This document shows, one piece after another, positions 56,626-64,000 of a stretch of 64,000 bases of DNA. The notes under the pieces are model-generated. The model worked only from the letters and a program-made list of their open reading frames with translations. It was not told where the DNA came from and searched no databases. The position numbers and the translations under genes are program-made. The DNA comes from an uncultured bacterium (GTDB lineage Bacteria > SAR324 > NAC60-12). The stretch spans positions 64,001-128,000 of the forward strand of contig CBFIGY010000003.1 of the NCBI GenBank assembly GCA_965662235.1, read 5' to 3'. Within the stretch, counting starts at the first letter, position 1, and every line of letters starts with the position of its first letter.

Positions 56626-58485
56626 TCACACCCAATGCGGGGGCAACGCCCGGTGCAGCAGGGGACGAGTGAGCGACGAGAGCGAGTGCGTCTGAACACC
56701 CGCTTCGCCAAGGTGGTCCGGAGCCAGCCACTGCTGAAACGCTTGCTGCACCAGCGGCCAGTCTCGATCGGTCAGGGCAAACCAAGCGGTATCTCGATTT
56801 CGTCCTTTGTACGTCAGGGCCTGTCGAAAGAGGCCTTCGAAGGAGAACCCGAAGCGCTGAGCCGCTTGACACGAACGCACGTTCAGCGCATCACACTTCC
56901 ACTCATAGCGACGGTACCCCAGAGCAAACACCTGCTCCATCATCAAGTACATGGCCTCGGTCGCAATCGGAGTCCGCTGCAGCGCCGGAGCAAAGCTGAC
57001 GTGTCCCACCTCAACAGAGCCTGCAGTTGGATTGATGCGCAGGTAAGACGCCACCCCTAGCGCCTTCCCGGAAGCCTGACTGACGATGGCCCAGAACATC
57101 GGATCCGTTGAGGCCGAGACCGACTGCAGCCACGAAAAGTAGTCGTCCGCACTGGCAAAGGGACCATACGGCAGGTAAGTCCAGGTGGTCGCTTGGGCAT
57201 CCTGAGCATACGCTTCATAAAGCTCTGCAGCATGCTGGTCCAGATCCAAAGGCTCCACCCGGCAAAACCGTCCCTCTAGGGTCTGACGTCCTGGAAGCGG
57301 GGGCGGCTGCCACCCCTCCAGCGGAAAGCCAATGGGCTGACCCTGTTCATTGAGCGTATCCTCCGGATTGCCCCGGGCGTAACGTCGACGCTCCAGCCAC
57401 CAACCGTACTGAGGAGGCCACTCAGCAAACTGATCGCCCTCCAGTTGCTGCTGAGCCTGACGAGGCCAAGAGGGCTGATAGAGCGCTTCGCGTGCCAGTG
57501 CCACCAGGTCCGCCTGTCCGGAACGAATCACGGCTTCGGCCTGCTGCGCCGTCACAATCAGCCCCACGGCCTGGGTGGCCACCGCGGCCTCTTCTCGGAT
57601 GGCTTGGGCAAAGGGCACCTGAAAGCCCCGCTGTGGGGCTTGCTGACTGGCGGTCGCCGCCCCAGCAATGCCTCGTGACGAGCAGTCGATGACGTCCACG
57701 CCCCGGGCCTTCAGCTCACGCGCCAACACCACTGAATCCTCCAGCGTCCACCCACCGTCCAGCCCGTCCACGGCTGACACCCGGAAGAACAGGGGCAGGT
57801 GCTCCGGCCAAACCGCTCGGACGGCCTCGGTCACTTCCAAAGCCAGACGCATCCGGTTTGCTCGAGAACCGCCATAGGCGTCTGTCCGTTGGTTCGCCAA
57901 GGGAGAGAGGAAGCTGTGAAGCAAGTAGCCGTGGGCGCCGTGAATTTCCGCCACTTCAAATCCGGCAGCAAGCGCATGAGCGGCACCAGCAGCAAACGTT
58001 TGCACCAGCTCGTCAAGGGCGGCCAACGACAGCTCGTGCGGAACCAACCACCCCGGCGCCACCGGAACCGCACTGGGGGCGACAATCTCCCATGGATGAT
58101 CCCCTCGTTCAAAATCAGCCTCTGCGAGCGGCCCGTTGCCAAACCACGGACGCTGCATGCTCGCCTTCCGTCCGGCGTGTCCCAACTGAATGCCCGGCAC
58201 CGCCCCCTGCGCCTTCAGAAAACCGGTCACCCGCTGCAACGCCTGCGCATGGGCTTCAGACCAAATCCCCAGGTCTCCGTGCGTGATCCGTCCTTCCGGG
58301 CAGACCGCTGCAGCCTCCGTAAAGACCAACCCGGTTCCCCCAATGGCAAACTGAGCCAGGTGGGCAAAGTGCCAGTCGTTGGCCAACCCCTCCTCTGCGG
58401 CATACTGACACATGGGAGAAAGGACCAAGCGGTTGCGGAGTGTGAGGGACCGAAGCGAGAGCGGACGAAACAGATGAGATGACAT
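56626..58485 (-). CDS. Old Yellow Enzyme (YqjM/XenA-type) fused to a RimJ/RimL-type GNAT domain
   Basis: SPMCQY, QLGHAGRKAS, HGAHGYL, then GQPIG, EVGHV, GYRRYEWKCDALN, KGRNRDTAW in one frame. Confidence 0.88.
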   Translation of the reverse strand: MSSHLFRPLSLRSLTLRNRLVLSPMCQYAAEEGLANDWHFAHLAQFAIGGTGLVFTEAAAVCPEGRITHGDLGIWSEAHAQALQRVTGFLKAQGAVPGIQLGHAGRKASMQRPWFGNGPLAEADFERGDHPWEIVAPSAVPVAPGWLVPHELSLAALDELVQTFAAGAAHALAAGFEVAEIHGAHGYLLHSFLSPLANQRTDAYGGSRANRMRLALEVTEAVRAVWPEHLPLFFRVSAVDGLDGGWTLEDSVVLARELKARGVDVIDCSSRGIAGAATASQQAPQRGFQVPFAQAIREEAAVATQAVGLIVTAQQAEAVIRSGQADLVALAREALYQPSWPRQAQQQLEGDQFAEWPPQYGWWLERRRYARGNPEDTLNEQGQPIGFPLEGWQPPPLPGRQTLEGRFCRVEPLDLDQHAAELYEAYAQDAQATTWTYLPYGPFASADDYFSWLQSVSASTDPMFWAIVSQASGKALGVASYLRINPTAGSVEVGHVSFAPALQRTPIATEAMYLMMEQVFALGYRRYEWKCDALNVRSCQAAQRFGFSFEGLFRQALTYKGRNRDTAWFALTDRDWPLVQQAFQQWLAPDHLGEAGVQTHSLSSLTRPLLHRALPPHWV

Positions 58486-58742
58486 GAAACCTCAGAGCAA
58501 AGGAACAGAAAGGGCAGGCGGCTCCACGACCTCCCGAATTCTTCTGGAGCGAGTGCCGGTCAATTTCCTGCAGTGCGATCAATCCTAAAAATGGACGAGC
58601 AGGAGACAAGCGTTTTTCCACACTTCCGGAAAAATGGCGAAAATGGCTGGTCCCGTCTCACGCCCCCGTTACACTGGGGCACCTGAAGCGGCTCCCGACG
58701 GAGCCCATCCGCCTGACTCTGAACGAACCCCTGACTTCACGC

Positions 58743-60449
58743 ATGTCCTCTTTTCTCGAATTCCCCTTCACCGCCATCATTGGACGAGACCTCGCCAAGC
58801 GCTCTCTGCTCTATCACGCCCTTGCTCCGCAGCTCGGCGGCACGGTGCTTATGGGACACCGTGGCTGCGCCAAGAGCACCTTGGTCCGGGCCTTCCGGGA
58901 ACTCCTTCCTGCAGACGCCCTGCACCATGCCGAGGCGCCCTTCCAGGAGATTCCGCTGGGGGCGACCGAAGACCGCCTGCTCGGTTCTGTGGATGCCGCG
59001 CACCTGACCACAGAAGGCGCCTGGCGTCGACAGTCGGGTCTGCTGGAACAGGCTCACCAGGGCGTCCTCTACATCGACGAGGTCAACCTGCTCCCGGACC
59101 ACCTGGTCGACGTCATCCTAGATGCTGCCGCGAGCGGTCAATACCACCTTGAGCGTGACGGCCTCTCTGCCCACATCGAATCCCGTTTCATCCTCATCGG
59201 CACCATGAACCCGGAAGAAGGAGACCTCCGGCCGCAGCTGCTGGACCGTTTCACCCACGGAGTCTGGATTCATGACCACTACACCCCGGAAGAGCGACGG
59301 GAAATCGTCCGGGCCCGGATGGCCTTTGAAGACGACCCCCACGGCTTCCGGCAGGAACACGAGCCTCAGCTGCAACAGCTCCGGACCCAGATCATGGAAG
59401 CTCGGACCCGCCTGAAGGAAGTGGTCATTCCGGAAGCAATGCGGGAGGCCGTTGCCGAACGAGCTGCCTCGTTGCAGCTGGAAGGCGTCCGGGCCGAGCT
59501 GGGGGTGCTGCGTACCGCCCGCTGTGCAGCAGCTTGGAGAGGAGCTGTGGAGGTTGAGGAAGCCGACCTTGCAGAAGGGTGGGAGCTGTGTCTGGGACAC
59601 CGTTTGCCTCCGGAGTCGCGTCCGACGCCACCGCCACAAGCGCCTCCAGAGCCATCGCCCGCACCCCAAACGTCGCCCCCTTCTCGTCCGCAAACTGCGG
59701 CGTCTCCTCGCGGAGCCAACTCCACTCCGTTTCAGGTGGAACCCACGGCGCCTACTTCAGTGCTGCAGGACTGGTGGCACCAGCGTCCACAGCCCCCCAA
59801 ACGGACCTCTCTGGTCATGGGAGCGGCGCGTCCGGTTCAGCACGCTGACCAGCGAACCCGCCTCGACTGGCCCCGGACGCTTCTGGAATCGAGCAAGCAC
59901 GGCTGGACGGCTGGGGCGCCTCTGACGCTGCACTACCGGCGTCTGGAACGCCGTCCGCAGCTGTGGTTGTTCCTGGACGCCAGTCGCTCCACCGGTGCCC
60001 TGCGGTTTTTGGGAAAGGCCCTAGCCGCGTTGCAGTCCCTTCCGTTACGGCAGTCTGCCTACCGTTTTCAGGTTCTGCAGCTCCAAGCGGGACAGGTTTC
60101 TTGGGTCCTGAAACGGGGCACCGCGTCCAGCGCCCTGCGGCTGCTTCAGAACCTGAAGGAGGCTTCGGGAAAGAGCCTGCTGCACCAGTCGCTTGACACC
60201 CTTCATCACGCGGTGCAGCGAGCTGGGGTGCTGCCTAACGACCGTATCCTGCTCTGCAGCGACGGACTCTTCACCCCCGGCAGCGCCTCATTAGCCGAAG
60301 AGAAGACCCAGCTCAAGGAGAAGCTCCGGAGGCTCGGAGACCTGCTTCCAGAGATTGCTTGGATGCACCCTCCTCCCAAGCGTGGGCTAGGACGCTGGCT
60401 CTCGGAACTCACCGGAGGCACCGCCGTGCAGCAGATTCAGCTGTCGTAG
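58743..60449 (+). CDS. Chelatase AAA+ subunit, BchI/ChlD-type (AAA+, Pro linker, vWA)
   Basis: FPFTAIIG, GHRGCAKST, PLGATEDR, LYIDEVNLL.DH, GTMNPEEG.LRPQLLDRF, LFLDASRST. Confidence 0.88.
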   Translation: MSSFLEFPFTAIIGRDLAKRSLLYHALAPQLGGTVLMGHRGCAKSTLVRAFRELLPADALHHAEAPFQEIPLGATEDRLLGSVDAAHLTTEGAWRRQSGLLEQAHQGVLYIDEVNLLPDHLVDVILDAAASGQYHLERDGLSAHIESRFILIGTMNPEEGDLRPQLLDRFTHGVWIHDHYTPEERREIVRARMAFEDDPHGFRQEHEPQLQQLRTQIMEARTRLKEVVIPEAMREAVAERAASLQLEGVRAELGVLRTARCAAAWRGAVEVEEADLAEGWELCLGHRLPPESRPTPPPQAPPEPSPAPQTSPPSRPQTAASPRGANSTPFQVEPTAPTSVLQDWWHQRPQPPKRTSLVMGAARPVQHADQRTRLDWPRTLLESSKHGWTAGAPLTLHYRRLERRPQLWLFLDASRSTGALRFLGKALAALQSLPLRQSAYRFQVLQLQAGQVSWVLKRGTASSALRLLQNLKEASGKSLLHQSLDTLHHAVQRAGVLPNDRILLCSDGLFTPGSASLAEEKTQLKEKLRRLGDLLPEIAWMHPPPKRGLGRWLSELTGGTAVQQIQLS

Positions 60450-60472
60450 GAAAAAAGAGAACGGTTGGGTGA

Positions 60473-61033
60473 TCAGTCGAAGCGGATGCGGCCAACTTCT
60501 TCAAAGGAGGTGCCGGTGGGATTCAGCACCACAGCTTCCCCTGAGGCTACGCCTCGGCGGGTCAGGGCCGTAATGTTGACCTGATGGGTCACTAGGATCA
60601 GGTTGGCGTCCCCACCGTATGCGACCGTTCGCTTCCGGACTTCTTCCGTCTGGCGGTCTCGGGTGGAGTAATCGTCAAAGAAGGAATTGAGCGCCGGCCA
60701 GAGTTCGTAGCGCCCAAAGGCCAGCTCTGCTGTTTCGTAGCAGCGGCACCATTCACTGGAAAAGACGTCTCCCACCGGAACGGCTTCTTCTCGGAAACGA
60801 GCCCCCATTCGCCGGGACTGGTCCTTGCCATCTTCTGAAAGGTATCGCTGACTCTGGCAGTTGTCCAAGGAGTACCCAGCAGGGTCGCCGATGCCGGAAA
60901 TGGTTCGGGAGTGCCGGATCAGCACCACCTTCCCCCCGTCCCGGAGGGCGTCCCAGACGTGTTGTTCCGAGGCCAGACCAACCGAGGCGGTCCACAAAAA
61001 GATCAGCAGGCAGAAGAGGCGGGATAGCTTCAT
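60473..61033 (-). CDS. Secreted histidine phosphatase family protein
   Basis: Signal peptide; LIRH, GDP......C..QR.LS..G, SS.WCRC.ETA, LVTHQVNI. Confidence 0.85.
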   Translation of the reverse strand: MKLSRLFCLLIFLWTASVGLASEQHVWDALRDGGKVVLIRHSRTISGIGDPAGYSLDNCQSQRYLSEDGKDQSRRMGARFREEAVPVGDVFSSEWCRCYETAELAFGRYELWPALNSFFDDYSTRDRQTEEVRKRTVAYGGDANLILVTHQVNITALTRRGVASGEAVVLNPTGTSFEEVGRIRFD

Positions 61034-61036
61034 CAG

Positions 61037-63214
61037 TCAGTAAATACGACGGAGTTCTTCAAGGTGCTCGAGGAGCTTCCAACGGAGAATCGGGATCTCT
61101 TTGAGCATCTCCACATCGGGAAAGTGAAACACTCGGGCATCCGGAGCCACAAACACCTCCAGGTCACTTGAACGCTGCAGGATGGAGCTTTCACCCCAGA
61201 AGGCCCCCGGCAGCATCGGCTGCAGGACCTTGCCCTGACGCCGCAGCTCGGCTTCTCCCCGCTGCAGGACCTTCAATCCCGGCACATCCATGAGTGCCTT
61301 TCCGGTCACCAGCTGTGCCTGATTGGCCAGCTTCAGCTGAATCGGATACGAAATCCCTTCTCCCAGAATGGAGGTTTCCATCATGAAGTCAATGACGTTC
61401 TGGAACTTCTGGATCTGCGGATAGATGCGGTTGCGGTTGACGAACTCTCGGTAGAGGTCCGCGGGAATGGCTAGGGTTTCCAGGTGACTGAAGGCGCGGT
61501 AGGTTCCCTGGTTCCGTCCACGGAACAGCGCCCAGAGGTCTCCGATCAGGGAGCCGCTGGAGAGCCGACGCACCGAGTGATCGTGCGCCCGGATGTACTC
61601 TGCGTTCCCCGTCAGCAGGAGGTGCACAAAGGACGGGGTTTCATTGTTCTTGAGCATGATCTCTCCGGCACTGAAGCGCTGGCGCTCACAGTTCAGGAGC
61701 ATCTGCAGGTCATGCTGCGGGATCGTCGGATAGAAGATCTGCAGGTAGTTGTTGGCCTGCTCCAGGACGTAGTCCTGTGTCCCGGGGATGAGCACGTCAA
61801 TGCTGCCAAACGCGGCCTCTGAGCCGATCTCCTTCTGGTTCGGCTTCAGGCGTTCCGCGGTGTGCGCCAAGATGATCTTATCAGAAGGATCCTCCCGGAA
61901 GTCTTCTGCCACCCCATGAATGAGGCCTCCGCCAATGTCGATCTTCTTCAGGTCGGCATGGACGTGGTAGTGCTTGAGGGTCGTCTCAAAGAACTCATTG
62001 CTGATACCCGGCTGACTCTGATCCTCCGAGACCATCTTCTGCAGCACCTCCACAGACGCGATGTCCGCCAGGTGGGCATACGACACGTAGCCCTCGCTCC
62101 AGAGCGCCCGGAAGTGGAACACGTTTGTCTCCACCGGATGCGGCGAAAAGATCGGCATCACTTCCAGCCCCTGGATGTCGTTCCACTGGTCAAACTGCAG
62201 GTCGTGCACCTCGAAGAACTCCTCAAACTCTCCCTCGTTGAGCGTCATCAACGCCGAAAGCTTGCGGGTGACAGACTCCCGGACCAGCGGAGTCGCGTAG
62301 TACTTGATGCGGTGGTCGGCCCGGATCAGAGTCGTCAGGCCGGCAAAGTGGTCGTCGTGGGTGTGGGTGTGGAAGATGCCTTCGATCTCATTGGTGCTAA
62401 TGCCCATGGCATTGAGGCTGTGATCAATGTTCGGTCCGGCATCAATGAGGTAGATTTTGCCCTGAAAGCAGACAATGCTGCCCATGCACGGCCGGTTGAT
62501 GTCCCAGCCATCGCCTTCTCCGGTGTGAACAACGGAAAAGTACTGGCGCTCAAAGCGATGCGAGCCCAGTTCATAGGGGGTGGCGTAGTTTTCATGGGGC
62601 TCTAGGTTGAGGTCAATGACCTCGGAGGAGCCTCGGTAGCGGAACTCGTAGCGGTTCGTTTCCAAACGGAGCACCGTCACTCCGGAGCCAATCTCTGTCG
62701 GTTGGTCTCCCACAATATGAGCTTCCAGCAGCTCCTCACTGGGATGAATCACCCCAAAGGCAAACCAGAGCTTCATCCGGAGCATCGCCTCAGCTTCCTC
62801 CCGGCTCACACCGCCCTCCATGATCTCCTCCAAGGACGTCAGACCGTAGTTGCCCCGGTAGATGTAGTTCATCTGGGCCTTGACGACGTCTTCCTGACCA
62901 ATGAGGATGGGCTTGGAGCCATTGTTGTTCGGATGCCCCGGCAGCAGCATGCCCTGGCGGTAAAGCATCTGCAGCACTGGGAACTCGCCTAGGTTCGTGA
63001 AGTTGCCCTTTTGGATGGGAAGGTCGGAAAGCAGAATGGCGTTGGGACCGGTCTCACAGCTCACGCCCTTCACCGTGTGGCTCCGGATCAGCTTCTCCCG
63101 CATTAGGTGCTTCACGCAGTCGGCCGGGCAGCCACACAGAATCCGCAGATCCGCCTCGGGCACCTCCAGCCAGACGATGCCGGGGGCCACGTAGTTCTTA
63201 ATGATTTTCCCCAT
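61037..63214 (-). CDS. MBL-fold metallo-hydrolase with C-terminal cyclic-nucleotide-binding domains
   Basis: LIDAGP, HTHTHDDH, HPVET; G.LIGD and G.FWGE cNMP-like segments. Confidence 0.8.
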   Translation of the reverse strand: MGKIIKNYVAPGIVWLEVPEADLRILCGCPADCVKHLMREKLIRSHTVKGVSCETGPNAILLSDLPIQKGNFTNLGEFPVLQMLYRQGMLLPGHPNNNGSKPILIGQEDVVKAQMNYIYRGNYGLTSLEEIMEGGVSREEAEAMLRMKLWFAFGVIHPSEELLEAHIVGDQPTEIGSGVTVLRLETNRYEFRYRGSSEVIDLNLEPHENYATPYELGSHRFERQYFSVVHTGEGDGWDINRPCMGSIVCFQGKIYLIDAGPNIDHSLNAMGISTNEIEGIFHTHTHDDHFAGLTTLIRADHRIKYYATPLVRESVTRKLSALMTLNEGEFEEFFEVHDLQFDQWNDIQGLEVMPIFSPHPVETNVFHFRALWSEGYVSYAHLADIASVEVLQKMVSEDQSQPGISNEFFETTLKHYHVHADLKKIDIGGGLIHGVAEDFREDPSDKIILAHTAERLKPNQKEIGSEAAFGSIDVLIPGTQDYVLEQANNYLQIFYPTIPQHDLQMLLNCERQRFSAGEIMLKNNETPSFVHLLLTGNAEYIRAHDHSVRRLSSGSLIGDLWALFRGRNQGTYRAFSHLETLAIPADLYREFVNRNRIYPQIQKFQNVIDFMMETSILGEGISYPIQLKLANQAQLVTGKALMDVPGLKVLQRGEAELRRQGKVLQPMLPGAFWGESSILQRSSDLEVFVAPDARVFHFPDVEMLKEIPILRWKLLEHLEELRRIY

Positions 63215-63254
63215 TCGTTTCCACTCTCATCAAAATCAGTTGGTCCGGAGACTT

Positions 63255-64000
63255 TCAGGAAATGCCAGAAATGTTCCCGTCCTGAGTCTTTAAGGCATGA
63301 TAAAGCTCCGGACGCCGATCCCGGAACAGCCCCCAGGCGTGTCGCATCTGCCGAATGGCCTCGAGGTCAAAGCTTTCCACCAGCAGGGTCGGTTCCGTCC
63401 GGTTGGCCTGCTGGCACACCTCCCCCTGCGGCCCGGCAATAAAGGAGGACCCGTAAAACGTTAAGGTGCAGGAAGCCCCAACCTCTTCCCCAATCCGGTT
63501 TGACGCAATCACCGGAACCAGATTAGCCGCGGCATGCCCCTGCATGACCCGTTGCCAGTGTGCCGCCGAATCCCACTCTGGAGCCTGAGGCTCTGAGCCA
63601 ATGGCCGTCGGGTAGAAAAGCAACTCCGCCCCCTGCAGCACCATTGCCCGGGCCGCCTCCGGAAACCACTGGTCCCAGCAGATGCCCACTCCAATGGTTG
63701 CGTACCGGGTGGACCACACGCGGAACCCCGTATCTCCAGGGGTGAAGTAGAACTTTTCCTGATAGCCTGGGCCATCTGGGATGTGAGACTTCCGGTAAAG
63801 CCCCAGGTCCTTTCCGTCTGCGTCAAACACCACCACCGAGTTGAAGAAGGCCATTCCGGCCCGTTCAAAGAAGCTGATGGGCAGCACCACCTTCAGCTCT
63901 GCCGCCAGCGCGGAAAAGTGCTGAAGCAGCTCGCTCTCCTCACGCGTTTGCGCCCACTGAAAGTAGTCTGGGTCCTGGTCCTTGCAGAAGTAAGGTCCTT
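63255..64000 (-). CDS. aguB: N-carbamoylputrescine amidase (5' end beyond the window)
   Basis: Frame open to the edge (GPYFCKDQ...); YRKSHIPDGPGYQEKFYF, GICWDQWFPE, YPTAIGSEP, FRDRRP. Confidence 0.93.
   Translation of the reverse strand, partial: GPYFCKDQDPDYFQWAQTREESELLQHFSALAAELKVVLPISFFERAGMAFFNSVVVFDADGKDLGLYRKSHIPDGPGYQEKFYFTPGDTGFRVWSTRYATIGVGICWDQWFPEAARAMVLQGAELLFYPTAIGSEPQAPEWDSAAHWQRVMQGHAAANLVPVIASNRIGEEVGASCTLTFYGSSFIAGPQGEVCQQANRTEPTLLVESFDLEAIRQMRHAWGLFRDRRPELYHALKTQDGNISGIS

Overview
A gene-dense, GC-rich (roughly 60%, by eye) bacterial chromosomal segment, mostly housekeeping and metabolic. Gene content suggests a deltaproteobacteria-like lineage such as SAR324 (inference only). 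In order: a DtxR-family regulator cut by the left edge; a cobalamin cluster (cbiB-cobU-cbiX-cobH, an IS4-like transposase remnant, cbiET) followed by an MsrQ-like heme-b protein and a diheme cytochrome c; a xylonate dehydratase-like IlvD/Edd enzyme; upp; a sigma54-controlled proline catabolism module (PAS/AAA+ activator, pruA, monofunctional proline dehydrogenase, Liv-type ABC transporter) with a readable -24/-12 promoter and candidate activator boxes; two-domain ThyX; a partial nuoABCDHI block; metG, yhbY, ispH; a run bor-rnc-rluB-fapA-pentapeptide-hyp-dapA(plant-like)-can; tatD; motA with two motB paralogues sharing an identical N-terminal/TM segment; a UvrD-like helicase; two tandem secreted caspase-family proteins (one with a possible LecA-like domain); stand-alone RibD deaminase; DUF4340, RluA, phosphomutase, a second DtxR; two degenerate-FHA membrane proteins downstream of an isolated ftsA-ftsZ; an OYE-GNAT fusion; a BchI/D-type chelatase subunit; a histidine phosphatase; an MBL+cNMP protein; and aguB cut by the right edge. 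No rRNA, tRNA or CRISPR array was recognised. Best leads: the twin-MotB stator, the secreted caspase pair, the ftsAZ-FHA linkage, the OYE-GNAT fusion, and two window-wide oligonucleotide biases (TCCGGA excess; CCTAG Leu codons suggesting Dcm-type deamination). All family calls come from motif recognition, not database searches.
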